The notes beneath the pieces were generated by a model. That model saw nothing but the letters and a program-made list of their open reading frames with translations. It did not search any database and was not told the origin of the DNA. The position numbers and the translations under genes were made by a program. A DNA stretch of 64,000 nt from Eledone cirrhosa (Eukaryota), in contig OZ024745.1 in assembly GCA_964016885.1 (NCBI GenBank), forward strand, positions 31,620,001 to 31,684,000, written 5' to 3'. Below are positions 1 through 13,060 of the stretch, piece after piece (position 1 is the stretch's first letter; every line of letters begins with the position of its first letter).

Positions 1-395
1 AACACACCAACTATCATAATTACGTCAAATATTTGGTTTGTCTGTTCTTTTTTGCTTTATCTTATATTATAAAAATAATTTATATTTTTATATGTTTATC
101 TCTTTATGGGTCCTTACAACCCATCCAACCATTCACATCGTTCCAAAATATAATTAGATAATCGATAACATTGTTACTAACAAATAACTAATGTAAATCA
201 GAGAAATGAAAACCATTTATAAATTTATCCACCATGTTTTTATTTATACGTAATAACGTATGCATGTTGTGTAGAGACTGTAATCCTAATGTACAAAGTC
301 TTAATCTCGTTAACATTTTCTCTGCGTTTCGGTTTACACCATAGTTCAAAGTGGAGAAGTCTAAATGTTTTGAAATTGTTCATTTGTGTGTGTGA

Positions 396-468
<73 letters not shown>

Positions 469-525
469 AGGTTTGCATGCATACGATAATTATAGGACAC
501 AGGGGCTCATGTAAAAAAACAGAAA

Positions 526-577
<52 letters not shown>

Positions 578-647
578 AACACACACATATGTATATACAT
601 ATCTATACATATACTCATGCAAGCGTGGAAGAACAGACGTAAAAACG

Positions 648-698
<51 letters not shown>

Positions 699-841
699 AT
701 GCTTTGGGAGGGTCATGTTGCCAATAAGAAACACACGCACCAGTTGCTTTCACTCCAATTTATTATAAATTAAATTTATAAATTTAAGAATTTATAAATT
801 TCCGTTGGTTGGTTCCATAACCGGACAGTTGTTCATATATT

Positions 842-884
842 GTCAAAGTTCTTTCGTCACACATTTTGTGACCTCTTCAGTGAC
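842..884 (-). ncRNA. Minimal type I hammerhead ribozyme (family A, inverted copy)
   Basis: Minus strand reads GUCA-CUGAAGA-G-GUCACA/UGUGAC-GAAA-GAAC-UU-UGAC. Confidence 0.7.
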
Positions 885-1285
885 TGGGGATTCTTTTCTT
901 TGTTTTTGTGCCTCTCCTTTGTTCTGTCCTACGCCATCTTGTTGTTGTGTGTGTTGCGTGCTTAGTTTGCGCATGTGTTACATCCGCAATGTTTAGACAA
1001 ATCACAGAGGCAATAAACATAAATGAACTCCAACCCAAATTAAATAGAAAACATGAATGGAATAGCAACATCACAACTTACAATTAAGGACAAAATGAAA
1101 ACACATACACACATAGAACAAACAACCAACCAGTAACATGTAAATAAACAAATAGATAAACAAATATAAACACACACAGACACCCGGATGTAACACATGC
1201 GCAAACTAAGCAAGCAACACACACAAAAACAAGATGGCGTAGGACAGAACAAAGGAGAAGCACAAAAACAAAGAAAAGAATCCCA

Positions 1286-1328
1286 GTCACTGAAGAGGTC
1301 ACAGAATGTGTGACGAAAGAACTTTGAC
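1286..1328 (+). ncRNA. Minimal type I hammerhead ribozyme (family A)
   Basis: gtca CTGAAGA g gtcaca gaatg tgtgac GAAA gaac TT tgac. Stem I is GUCA/UGAC, stem II is 6 bp, stem III is minimal. Confidence 0.75.
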
Positions 1329-1432
1329 AATATATGAACCAACCAACCAACCGGAAATTTATAAATTCTTAAATTTATAAATTTAATTTATAATAAATTG
1401 GAGTGAAAGCAACTGGTGCGTGTGTTTCTTAT

Positions 1433-1530
1433 ACTCAATACTCAATACTTAGGGTAGTAGAGTGGGTAATAGCAAAAGAGTCAGGACCTCTACGGCTGAG
1501 CTCCGGCCGTTTCAACAGCTAGATCCGAAC
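1433..1530 (-). mobile_element. PLE family F pseudo-LTR fragment with the 3' half of a hammerhead
   Basis: Homologous to 13350-13410, 16197-16359, 17075-17257, 18685-18826 and 30909-31046. Confidence 0.65.
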
Positions 1531-1667
1531 ATATTTTATGGCTTTTACAAGAAAATTCCAGTGAAATACCTTGTAATGTTTTGGGTATGCCAATGGAGTG
1601 GACTTCTATCAACATCCTCCTAATTACAGCAGCATATAAAAAACAAAAAAATATTACAACTTGGCAT

Positions 1668-1739
1668 CTGTCTGAAGAGAACACATCAACAAAGGGTTAT
1701 TATACAATCACTTTGACGTCTTAGAAATACGTATAACAG
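1668..1739 (+). ncRNA. Type I hammerhead ribozyme (family G, within a PLE-like tail 1531-1787)
   Basis: ctgt CTGAAGA ... GAAA tacgta TA acag. Stem I CUGU/ACAG is perfect and stem III is palindromic. Stem II is long and imperfect. Confidence 0.65.
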
Positions 1740-1784
1740 GATTATATAACAAACAGAGGATGTACATATAAAAACATCTCTTCT

Positions 1785-1828
<44 letters not shown>

Positions 1829-1833
<5 letters not shown>

Positions 1834-2340
1834 TGTTATACTTGGGAAGGGTCATATTGTTGTAATAATAACAGAAGTAATAACAGAACACACCCACTGT
1901 TTGGTTGGTTTTCGCTTCTGTATCTTTTATATCTCCACAGTTAATTCATTTGGCCCTCAAAATGCAGATATAATATAGATATAAACACATATATATAGTC
2001 TAACAAAGTTCTTTCGTTGCACATCTGCAACATCATCAGTTGTACTATTATGTTCTTCCTGTAGTATTGTATGTCTACGCCATTTTTATTTTATCTATTT
2101 ATTTATTTATTTATTTTTGTCTTCTTCTCTGCGCATGCGTTTGCGTGGGTGTATAGTGTTTGGTGTGTGTTCGCGTGTGGGTGACTGCGTTTTGATTATT
2201 GTATTCTATGTTAGTTTACTAGTGTGTGTTTATATGTGTTTGTTGCTATTGTGCTTGTGTATATATATATTTATTTATTTATTTATGGAATAACAACAAC
2301 ACCCAAACAAACAATACTGACTTAAAAGAAATATAAATAA
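1829..2340. mobile_element. PLE family B fold-back: minus arm 1829-2286 with hammerhead at about 2003-2043, plus-strand piece from 2287
   Basis: Homologous to 9868-10835, 13666-14085 and 18031-18510. Minus strand has CTGATGA-TGTTGCA-GATG-TGCAAC-GAAA. Confidence 0.75.
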
Positions 2341-2849
2341 ATATATTTGATATATATTTATCCTTATCGAGCCCTCTTTGGATTTTAGTCTTCACATTAT
2401 TATTATTACTATATATCAATATATATACTCCCCCCCCCCCCCCCCCCCCACATAAACCGAATAGGCACTCAAAGCATGAAAGTAGTGTATAAGTTTTATT
2501 TTCTGAAGAGACAATTGGAAATGATTTGGAAGCTTCAGCCTTGTTACTTCATTAGGCTGTGTTGTGTGACAGGAACTTATTTAAACTGTTTATACCAAGC
2601 TGGGTTGCAAGGGGAGGCAGTTGAAGTAAATGAGGGAAGCTATTTGTAATCGAGTACCCAATGCGTACCACATACAACTGCATACATACTTACATACACA
2701 TGTGAGCATGTACATACAGGCATATATAAGTGCACACAAACATACACATATACATACACATATAAATATAAAATATCTATATACATAAATGCATACATAT
2801 ATGTGTGTTTATACATACATACACAAATACATGTACACATACGTACAAG

Positions 2850-3126
2850 CAAGGGCCTTGTTTCAGGGGCGTACCAAGGGACAAGTCCCCCCAATTTATT
2901 CAAACTCTATGTTTTATTTTTTGTATATTTGATATAATAAATTCTTTCTAAGTTTATTTTTTTTTTATATCTGAACTTCATTTGAATATATAAAATTTAA
3001 TTAGTGTAAAATTTTACTTGTGATAGGGCCCGGGAAAGGCACAATAAGCAATACTAACATGCTCCTTTAAGAATCAACAAATGTTGGTTTCTCCCCCTCA
3101 TATTTTTAAGGCAAACGAGGCCCCTG
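2850..3126. mobile_element. hAT-type MITE
   Basis: Imperfect TIRs CAAGGGCCTTGTTT / AAACGAGGCCCCTG and a perfect 8-bp TSD CGTACAAG (2842-2849, 3127-3134). Confidence 0.85.
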
Positions 3127-3859
3127 CGTACAAGTATATATATATAGAACACATACAGAACTCACCGAACTCATAATAGAATCCTGTTCAATATGTTTAT
3201 GTATAATAAACACCACAAGTCTCGCTGTAAGTATTTTAAGATGTCACACTGTGTTAGTTCTAATCCGTCAAGCCCGTTCTCTATATACAAATGAACATCT
3301 CCAAAAATGTATTATTTGCAATATCTATATATAAGTTAAGAGCTTTCCTACTCCGGTACCGCGTGAGGAAACGTTACTGATGATGGATAAAGATCCTGAA
3401 ATACTATTATTTGGTAAATCTGAGATTAAGTTTCTAGTTTATTGATTCCTAGTGATTATTAGAGACTACATATATCATTTTGCTTTCTAATCAAACCCAA
3501 AGTTAGTAGAATATAAAATTAAACATCACGGTGTTGGATATGTAATAGAGTAATAAGTTCTACGTTCTTGACATGGTATTCAGTCAAACATTATCTAGAA
3601 ACCACATCCTGTTTCCCACCCATATTACTTCTCGGTATCCTGTAATAAAATGACAAAAAAAAAAAAAAATCCTCTGTGTAATAGTTGCTTCCAACGTAAA
3701 GATATTTCTTAAAACATAAACATTCAATTCTTCGTAGACTTTCCGTAGAAATTTAATTAAAACAGAGTTTTGTTGTTTTTTATTATCATTTATTTATCGT
3801 AAAAAATATAAAGTAGACGTATGAACGAAGCAGTTTTACAGCCGTAAAACTGTCGAGAT

Positions 3860-4020
3860 AGAGAGTGTGTATATGAATGTATGTGAGTGTGTGCATGTGT
3901 GTGTGAATGTGAGTGTGCGTATGTGTGAGAGAGAGTGAGTGAAAGAGAGAGAGAAAGAGAAAGAGAGAGAGAGTGTGTGAATGTATGTGTGTGCATGTGT
4001 GAGAGAGAGAGTGAGTGAAA

Positions 4021-4064
<44 letters not shown>

Positions 4065-4205
4065 TGTGTGTGAATGTGAGTGTGTGCATGTGTGAGAGAG
4101 AGAGTGAGTGAAAGAGAGAGAGAAAGAGAGAGAGAGAGAATGATAGAAAGAGAGAGAGAGTGTGAGTGTGTGTGTGAATGTATGTGTGTATGCATGTGTG
4201 TGTGA
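3860..4205. repeat. Compound (GA)n/(GT)n microsatellite with higher-order units
   Basis: Recurring gtgtgcatgtgtgagagagagagtgagtgaaagagag blocks. Confidence 0.9.
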
Positions 4206-4627
4206 TAACAAACCATAAATGGCGTTTATGAGATTCTGTGATGCACGTTAGCTTCTTTTTGTTAGGCCTAAATTAGATTTTTTTCACATTGTGTGAAATA
4301 TATCGGCCATAATCAACATAGGTTTCTACAAATTGCTGCTAGAAATTGACGGTAAAAATAATTGGAGCAAAGATATATCATCATATAAAACTGTTTTTGC
4401 TTGAGTCTTTTTTTTTTTCAATTAGATATATCGCATCTAAGATAAGAGAATCGGAGAGTTAAGGCATCACGCAGGTCCGGATTAATACTTTAAAAGTGTG
4501 AAGCACGGAAGAGATTATGGTACCTCTCTATACAATATATACATAGAACAAACTCCAATATTGGATAAAAACTGTATGGGGGCCCCTCTTTACCTAAGGC
4601 CGTCAAGGCGGTAGAACTGGTGGAGAC

Positions 4628-4704
4628 GGGGAGAAAATATAATTATTGGGGGGGGGGGGGGGGGGGGGGCATGTCCCCCTCCCCCAATAATTATATTTTC
4701 TCCC
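4628..4704. repeat. 25-bp inverted repeat around a poly-G tract
   Basis: GGGGAGAAAATATAATTATTGGGGG ... CCCCCAATAATTATATTTTCTCCCC. Confidence 0.8.
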
Positions 4705-4799
4705 CAAACTACTAAAACATATATCTATTAGTATATGCGCTTACAATTTATGTACATGTTATGTTTATCGAAGTTTTTAAAAAAATATATTGGTTGATA

Positions 4800-4934
4800 T
4801 TTGTTTCTACTTTTGGCACAAGGCCAGCAATCACCCAGTGTATTACTGGTACTTTATTTTATCAACCCCGTAAGGATGAAAGGCAAAGTTAACCTCGGCA
4901 GGATTTGAACTCACAATGGCAAGGGCCGTAACTC
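4800..4934 (-). mobile_element. tRNA-derived SINE family 1 (5'-truncated)
   Basis: B box GAGTTCAAATCC, core TTTGCCTTTCATCCTT..GG..GATAAAATAAAGTACCAG, tail GCTGGCCTTGTGCCAAAAGTAGAAACAA. Confidence 0.85.
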
Positions 4935-5934
4935 TGATAATAACAGCTAAACTAATCACTACTAGATTGACCAAATTTACCCGCACCCCTTAATTCAGAA
5001 ATGCTTCCTCCTCCCCTGGTATGTCAAGAGAGTCAACAGCCATACAATAAAGTATTTTTTGTGGAGCGAGAGACTTTTAGCAGTATGAAAGTTGAATAGT
5101 CGTCACTTTAACAGGGTAGATGATTGAAGGTCGTTAGTTGCCAGTGTCGTAAGTGATAGTATCCTCGTTGGATTATCTTGTCGACATAGACGTGAGGGAA
5201 GGTCCCTCGATCTATTTACCATCTTAGTATTTACAATATTCCTTTCGTCAGGTCGCCAATTCCAGCAGCATTGATTATAGATGTTATTGAGACACGAGTA
5301 ACATGATAATGATTTCAACAGCAGAAATTAGAGATGAAATGTATGTTTATTTTTGATGTAGCACAAACAATGTTTGTTAACTTATATGGTTGAAGTTACA
5401 AATAAAAAGAGGTTACAAAAGGGAATGTGCCATTGCGCCGAAAAGCCGGCGAGGCTAGGGTGCAATATCTCACCGTTACATTATGCGGGTTGCTGGTTCG
5501 AAGTTTCTGGTACAAGAGAGAGATTCTTCAAATCTTCGCGGGGAATTTATTCCTCAGGGCGCGTAGGGATACATCCTCTTCTACTGGCGCTGATTGGCTG
5601 AACTGAGCCAAATCACGCACAGAGAATGTATGTGAGCCCGCGGAATGTAGGTCACTACAGACTTATAGACTTCATTAAGATATCTCTCTAGGAGAAGGTC
5701 ACTCTGCGACTTCGTTTGCATCCAATGATGGAGACCTGTTCTTCTTTTGGACAAATGCATTCGATGTTCAGAGAGTGGGATTGGCTCCGTGCAAAGCCTT
5801 TCCCCACTTAAAAAAGCTTCAAGCACAGGCATCGCTTGATATGTGGCATTGTTGGCCATAGGCGGGTCCCTAACAGGACTAAAAAGCCACGTCCGTGATT
5901 CTTATGTTTAAGTATCAAGCGATGGCATCATGTA

Positions 5935-6160
5935 TGTATAGACCTGTAAGACTTGGTGGAGTCGTAGGGGCATTTTAAACCTAACGGTGCCTATCCCTCT
6001 CCAAGCCTGAACACATCCGATTTCTTCCAGAGAAAGAGAGAAAGAGAGAGGAGTGTGATTGAGAGGAAACGAGAAAAAAACATGAGAGCACAAAGAGCAG
6101 CAACGAACATAGTAAAGTATTCTATCCGACGTTCTAATGACTCGGCCAATTTGCTGCCAT
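5935..6160 (-). mobile_element. SINE family 2 (shared tRNA head, CT linker, CTGGAAGAAATC tail), decayed
   Basis: Homologous to 23168-23588 and 30050-30373. Confidence 0.6.
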
Positions 6161-6441
6161 GAGGCCCTAGGCACGGGCTTATTTTGCTGGCATTACGGTA
6201 ATCTTCACAGTGAAAACCCGTTAAATTTATATAGAAAGAATTCTATTTATCATTAAAAACAACAACACCATCTATTCGGTGCCTCAGCATGACCTCAGCC
6301 TGTCGGCTGGATCACGTAATAGAGTTAATACCCATGAATAATCATGATCTAAAGTGGTGGAAAGTAGAGATAGGTAAAATAAATATTCTGTCATATATTT
6401 CATAGGTTGCCATTGTTTACAACTGTAAATACATTATTTAA

Positions 6442-6633
6442 GGGCGGTGGATTGGCAGTATCGGTAGAGGGTCGGACGCCATGCTTTGAAGCATTGAGTT
6501 ACGGCCCTTGCCATTCTGAGTTCAAATCCCGCCGTGGTTAACTTTGCCTTTCATCCTTACGGAGTCGATACAATATAGTACCAGTAATGTACTGGGTAAT
6601 TGCTGGCCTTGTGCCAAAAGTAGAAACAATTAT
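6442..6633 (+). mobile_element. tRNA-derived SINE family 1, full length
   Basis: A box TGGCAGTATCGG, B box GAGTTCAAATCCC, conserved core and tail. About 10 related copies in the window. Confidence 0.9.
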
Positions 6634-7133
6634 TTATTTGTTATCACATAACCAAGCCTTCCGGTGTTAAAGGACTTCTGGGGATTAAACCTCCCCAATA
6701 ATGTGGAAACTTGTTGAATGATCTTGTTTTGTTAGTTTAAAACATTATGCCAGTGATTATTTAAGATAATTTATTTCGGTATACTTACGCTTTGGTTTTA
6801 CTACACTGATTTTCTATTGACTCTATGTTAGTATGATCATGTTTTTAATTTCTTTCTTAGTCTGGTACTGGTGATAAAAGTGTGAGAAAATAATAATAAT
6901 ACATATGTACAGTATATATACTCAAGATCTGCCAATTTCAAAACTGTAACGGAAGATCTGACAACAAATATATAAGATTAAATAGAAATACTTATATATA
7001 ACCAATTAATTATTGCTATGAATCTTATAAATATATACAATCAAAGTGAAAAAACAAAAAACAAAACAAACAAACATCAATTCAAATCAATTCAACACTA
7101 AGTGCATCGATCAGTCACCCACCATAATGGTCA

Positions 7134-8780
7134 TCAGAAATTATTGAGGCAAGCCAAGACGCTCGCAGCATTACTGCTGGTGATGGCGAGGCTAAGGCGC
7201 TGAAATAACCAAGCACCTCTACAGGCATCACTATAGGTTATTTGACAGATGAATGGGAACCAGGGTGTCAACAAACTTGAATGAACATGCTGGGAAAATT
7301 CTGGCGAAATGCTGGAAAAAAACTTGCAGGAATGTTGGAAAAAATAAATACGAAGTAAATTAGCTGTTTTATAATTTTTAGCTATTTTTGAATAAGTTTG
7401 TATATTTACGAATTTTTCGTGTGTAATCACACTTCTGTTACAAATTTTAAACCTTAAAATTACGGATGCTTTTAACATGAGAACTAACTTGGTTCATACT
7501 ATTTATTTAAAGTGTTTATATTTAACTAAAAGCCTTCCATTAAAATTTTATGTAAGAACTTTTGTTGAATTATGTTTAAAATATTACCTTAATGAGAAAC
7601 TTATATAAATTTTTGATTATTTCAAAAATTATTTGAAAATCATAGGTATTATCTTTCATTAGAAATATGACAATAAAAGGAACTTTGTTACAGCATTTGT
7701 GTAAAATGTATAAACAGCTTTGAAAAACGTACATTTATTCAAATCTGAAATATTTCCTTCGTTGAATAATTTGTTCCTCGAGGATTTATATGTAATCGAA
7801 ATGAAGACATTCATACAAATGTGAGTGCGATGGCGACGTGGTTAACTTCTTTATGATATGGAGGGAGAGGAATGTTCAAGAACGCTTAGCAGGGAACTCC
7901 AAGCTCTGACCATGTACACTCAATATGTAGATGACATCAATATAGTAGTAAAGACAGCCCCACTAACCGGATAACACTCAGAAAATAGTGATAAACACCA
8001 TGAAGAACATCTGCATTGACGTATGCAGACAACATCACCGTGATAGTGTCGAACACCTTGGGGTTAAAGGTGCTTGGTACTGTCTTAAAGGAGTGCAAAA
8101 CGCTGACATAAGCAAAGAATAACCCAGACAAATCAGGTTTGCAACTCGACACCGTCTGACAGAGTCGTGAGGCGATGGACGGACGGACCAGTTAAGTTGC
8201 TCGAGGTCTGGTTGATAGGAACTGGAACGAGTTAACGAGCAGGGTGGCCAGTCACGCCGAGAGAAAGCTGAAAAAGTCAGACAGAAGTGGCGAACATGTA
8301 CATCGCCTGCATTATATATTACCGCCTGACTATCGTGCTTTGTTCCAGTTTTCGCCTCACCAGATTGGAGCGTATGTTCTTTCATTTTTGTGTGGACAAG
8401 ACGTATTCTACTGGTCAGGCGGTCCATCTGCTGCCAACATCCTTTACGCGGACGTGAGCTAAAGCTGCGGTGTTTGCAAACGTTTCTAGACAGTAAACAG
8501 CTGTGGTAACTCTTTGTCAGACGCATCTTTCCGTAGCTCATCTCTTTGACTGAGTTACAGTACTGGGTAAAGTAAAGATTGAGACTGGACGATTCGCATC
8601 CGAAACGTTGCCAGGCGCTCACAGACCTCTATAACTTTGACAATGTGGTCGGTGGAAATTCCACATTAGCGTTCTATAGAGGACTTGTGTTGGGCGAGAG
8701 CTAGGATGTTCTCAAAGAATCTCTAGAGGTCGACCAGTATGAACTGGCAAGATTGTTCCGAAGGACTTTCATTCAGCCTA
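7134..8780 (-). pseudogene. Highly decayed CRE-like (RLE) non-LTR retrotransposon remnant
   Basis: The C-terminal peptide AWLFQRLSLAITSSNAASVL (7134-7240) resembles the QRLS.A.QRGNA..V motif of CRE-type elements. Only weak RT/thumb-like similarity at 7940-8350. Confidence 0.35.
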
Positions 8781-9115
8781 GAGACTATGGATAATTTCCA
8801 GAAATCCCTGGCCTAGAAGTGCTACAAGAGGAAGAGGGGGTGGGGTGGGGTGGGGGGCACTACTGGTTCGAGGAGATAAACTCTGCAGACATGGAAGTGC
8901 GGGGAGACGGGTGGGGCCGAGATGCGCACAGTTCCACGGGGAAAAGAAAGTGAGGGCGGAGAGGGAAGTGAATGTAACGAGAATGGCTTTGGTTGGAATG
9001 AATAGAGAGATAGAGGAGTATTTGAGTATGGTATCCTTGATGATCGGAGAAATCTCAAATCTGTGGACTTCCTTGAATACCCCTGAGTGGTGCTTCCCTA
9101 CCTCCACCACTGGGG
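8778..9115 (-). pseudogene. Decayed CR1/L2-like LINE 3' fragment
   Basis: Weak, frameshifted similarity to the post-RT region of CR1/L2-group LINEs. Confidence 0.3.
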
Positions 9116-9229
9116 AATTCTACTGTTGTTAATTTATTATTACTTTATTACCTGTATTTCTTCTGTTTAGTCAATTATATGTAAATCCCACTGTCATAGG
9201 TTGTATTGTTCCCAATGTTTGCGGCCCTA

Positions 9230-9245
9230 TCACCACCATCATCCT

Positions 9246-9285
<40 letters not shown>

Positions 9286-9332
9286 GCTGCTACTACTACT
9301 ACTACTACTACTACTACTATCACCACCACCAT

Positions 9333-9377
<45 letters not shown>

Positions 9378-9415
9378 CACTACCACCACCGCCGCCGCTG
9401 CTGCTGCTGCTGCTG

Positions 9416-9494
<79 letters not shown>

Positions 9495-9495
9495 A
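9230..9495. repeat. (ACT)n trinucleotide microsatellite with CAC/GCT variant blocks
   Basis: Seen directly. It is the source of the poly-V/Y/L ORFs. Confidence 0.95.
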
Positions 9496-9788
9496 GCCAC
9501 TGCTGCACGATTGATTTTCTTAAGCAAAAATAACCTAGTTACACTAGGCATACAAGGACCTCTCTAAAGCATTATGATTATTTTTTCTTTCAAATAATTT
9601 TTTTTCCCTTACTTATTTCGTTGATAGAAAATACTTTCTGCCAAAGAAAGAATTATCATCCATAAGTTAAGGAAAACAAACTCATCAAACTAGAATCATG
9701 CAACATGGTAGAGACGTATATATATAGAGATGTCATCACCGACCAACAGCCATTTTGGATATTGGTGGCAGTTTCTATGGTTATACTT

Positions 9789-9867
<79 letters not shown>

Positions 9868-10835
9868 GTTATACTTGGGGAGAGTCATATTTGTGTAATA
9901 TTGCCAGAATTAATAACAGAACACACTCACTGTTTGGTTGGTTTTCGCTTCTCGCTGTCTTTTATATCTGTAATCTAACTTACTCGGTCCTCAATGTTGC
10001 CATTGACTGACCGACGGTCAAAAATAATACAGATACAATATAGACATAAACACATATATATAGTTTACATAATTTACATAAATCTTTCGTTGCACATCTG
10101 CAACATCGTCAGTGGTGTTATATTTTCCTCCTGTTGTGTTGTATGTCTACGCCATTTTTTTTATTCAGTCTGTCTATATATTTATTTATTTATTTGCTTG
10201 TTTGTTTATTTTATTTTGGAATAACAACAACACCCAAACAAACAACACTGACCTAAGAGAAGTATAAATAAGTAAATAAAATAAGATAAATAAATACATA
10301 CACAAGCACAATAACAACAAGCACATAAACACACACTAGCCACCCAGCAAACATAACACTATACACACTAGTCACACAGCAAACATAACACTATACACAC
10401 ACGCAAACGCATGCGCAAAGAAGACAAAATAAAATAAACAAACAAGCAAATAAATAAATAAATATATAGACAGACTGAATAAAAAAATGGCGTAGACATA
10501 CAACACAACAGGAGGAAAATAAAACACCACTGACGATGTTGCAGATGTGCAACGAAAGATTTATGTAAATTATGTAAACTATATATATGTGTTTGTGTCT
10601 ATATTGTATCTGTATTATTTTTGACCGTCGGTCAGTCAATGGCAATATTGAGGACCGAGTAAGTTAGATTACAGATATAAAAGACAGCGAGAAGCGAAAA
10701 CCAACCAACAGTGAGTGTGTTCTGTTATTAATTCTGGCAATATTACACAAATATGACCATCCCCAAGTATAACAATATTTGTTTCGACACACGATTTCAT
10801 ATAAAAAACCTCGCTAAACTAATTCATCGCCGCTA
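9868..10835 (+). mobile_element. PLE family B fold-back element between two (TA)n tracts
   Basis: Near-identical inverted arms at about 9868-10217 and 10425-10772, with hammerhead cores at 10078-10115(-) and 10526-10563(+). The tail encodes a probable ORF start, MTIPKYNNICFDTRFHIKNLAKLIHRR. Confidence 0.85.
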
Positions 10836-10900
<65 letters not shown>

Positions 10901-10977
10901 GTGTGTGTGTGTGTCTGTGTGTGTGTATATATATATATATACATATGTATATGTATATGTGTGTGTGTGTGTGTGTA

Positions 10978-11110
10978 TACAGGGTGTGTATGTGTGTATA
11001 TATACAAAAAATGTATACACACTTCAACAACATTCTAATTAAGATTGCCTGTACAGGTAGTCAGTCTGTATAACTTTTCTTTTGGGGGAGGGGGGAGGGG
11101 GGCATCCTGA
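10978..11110. mobile_element. Tc1/mariner-like MITE (CAGGGTG ends), decayed
   Basis: Homologous to 23966-24080 and 50719-50797. Confidence 0.6.
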
Positions 11111-11212
11111 TATATATAGAAAGAAAGAAAGAAAGAAAGAGCGAAAGGCAAAGACCCGACCCCTACGCCAAGCGGTTTCGGCTTGTGTTCAGCAAGCATT
11201 TTCAATATGTTC

Positions 11213-11262
<50 letters not shown>

Positions 11263-11349
11263 GAACATATTGAACAGGAACAAAACAGAGAGGCAGTACG
11301 AACAAAGGTTTATTAATTTCACGCTCTTGAGAGTGGGGTGGTGGTGGGG

Positions 11350-11383
11350 AACGACTTTTCGGGCATAAGCCCTTCTTCAGGTG
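11350..11383 (-). ncRNA. Minimal hammerhead ribozyme of PLE family C
   Basis: ac CTGAAGA a GGGC TTAT GCCC GAAA a GTC gt. One mismatch in the minimal stem III. Confidence 0.7.
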
Positions 11384-12763
11384 AAAAGTGTGTGGGAAGA
11401 GAGTTCAAAGGGTGTGTAGGGGAGTGGTGGAGAGACATATAACAAAAAGGGGGTGAGAGGAAACGGTGCAAATGAAATTAAAAATAAAGGCATGATCAAA
11501 ATAAAATTAAAATGGGGTAAAACAGGTGGTGGAAGGGTGTGGGGCTTGTAGGGGTGGTGGCGGGTGGAGTGGGGAGAGGGAGACGGGGTGTCCGAGCGGG
11601 GAGGGCTGAAGGTGGTGTGTGTGTGTGTAGGTGTACGTGTGTGTGTGTGTGTGTATATGTGAAAGCAAGGGTTGGGGGAAGAACGGGGTTGCATGTTCAG
11701 GAAGAGGTGTGTGTGAGGTGGGGTGTAGGTCGGAGTGTGTGTGCGTGTGTGGATAGAGGGGTGGGGGGAGAGGATTCCGGAGGCTGAATGTGTAAATATG
11801 TGGTGGTACGCACGTGTGTGTGTGGTGTTTATGCGTGTTGTGAATGTAGGTGGCGTGTGGGAAAAGTTTTTTTTTTGTGTGTGTGTCTGGGGTGAGTCTT
11901 AAAGGTAATTCCGTAAAAAGATGTGGTGGAATGTTGAGTAAAATCCTGGGATGCGGTAGATTCTCGGGATCAAGGTTCACATATGTGTAATCCGTGAAGA
12001 GATTGGTCGGAAGAGGGGAGATGTGGGGTGCGCGCGCAACAGGAAGTGGTCAGAGGGTCAAGGCAGGAGGAGGGTTGTGTGTCTGTGTGTGCGGGGAGGT
12101 GGTCAGAGGCATAGCAGCAGTAGGGTAGAATGATAAGTGAAGGTGTGTCAGTGTGTGCGGAGGTGCGGTGGACGGGGGAGAGGATGGGTAGGTGTGAAAG
12201 TTGGAGTGTGGAGGGTGTGTGTGCATTAGTAGAGGTGTTAGTGGGATGTGTGAGTGTTTGAGAAAGGGTGTGGGTGGAGCGGGGAGAGAAGGGTGTGGGG
12301 GACGATGGAGGGAGTGTAGTGTACTGGTGTGTGTGGTGAAGGGGGTGTTAGTATACTGGAGGTGGAGAAAGGGTTGAATGCGGGTATGAGTGGGGGTCAG
12401 TGGTGGTAGGGTGTGTAGAGTGGGTGGTGTAAGAGGGTGTGTGTGTTCGTGTGCGTAGGGTTGGGAGGTGTTAGTGATGTTAGTTGCGTGTGGAGTGGGT
12501 GGTGTAAGTGGGTGTGTGTGTCGTGTGCTTGGGGTCAGGGGGTGTTAGTGATGTTAGTTGCGGGGTGGTGGGGTGGATGTGTGCGTGTGATAAGGAGGGG
12601 GGAGGAGAAGAAGGGAGGGATGTTAGTATGTTAGTTGGGGAAGGGTGGTCGGATGTGGGGTGGAGGTGTTAGTATTGTTAGTTGTGGGGTGGGCGGTGAA
12701 AAGGAGGGGTGTGTTAGTGGTGTTAGTGGGGGATATGTGTGGGGGGAGGGGGGCGGTCGAAGG

Positions 12764-13060
12764 CTAAAGGAATAAGGGTGGGGAGTTCAGGCCGAGGGGA
12801 GTGTGGGTCTGTAGGGTGAAGATGGTTCGTTGTTCGACTCTTAGGAGATTGGCGGGTGTTCCGTGGCATTGGAGTAGGCCACAGACTGTGAGCTGGTGTG
12901 CGGAATGTCCAGGGGCACCAAAGTGGCGGGCGATGGGGGAACTACCACCGAGACGAATATTCCGGAGGTGCTCAGTAAATTTGTCCGCCAGGCGACGTCC
13001 AGTCTGTCCGACGTAAGTCGCGCTACACTCCGTGCAGCGAAATCCGTAGACTAGGTTGGA

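Larger units (their letters stand above)
693..1432 (+). mobile_element. Penelope-like element family A: 3' fragment with an inverted pseudo-LTR (fold-back)
   Basis: Inverted arms 724-986 and 1185-1432. The spacer encodes a GIY-YIG C-terminal end (AMFRQITEAININELQPKLNRKHEWNSNITTYN*). Each arm carries a hammerhead motif, and (TA)n lies to the left. Confidence 0.8.

Noticed and set aside
3373-3418. Hammerhead-like CTGATGA-TGGAT-AAAG-ATCCT-GAAA
   Set aside because: Core and stem II are present but stem I pairs poorly. Probably a decayed copy, so not called.
5040-5900. Gypsy RT-like (HVYVD) and CRE-like (LRALRNKFP) peptide traces
   Set aside because: The similarity is too weak and fragmentary to call without a profile search.
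9171-9551. Poly-V/Y/L ORFs
   Set aside because: An (ACT)n repeat with no other coding evidence.
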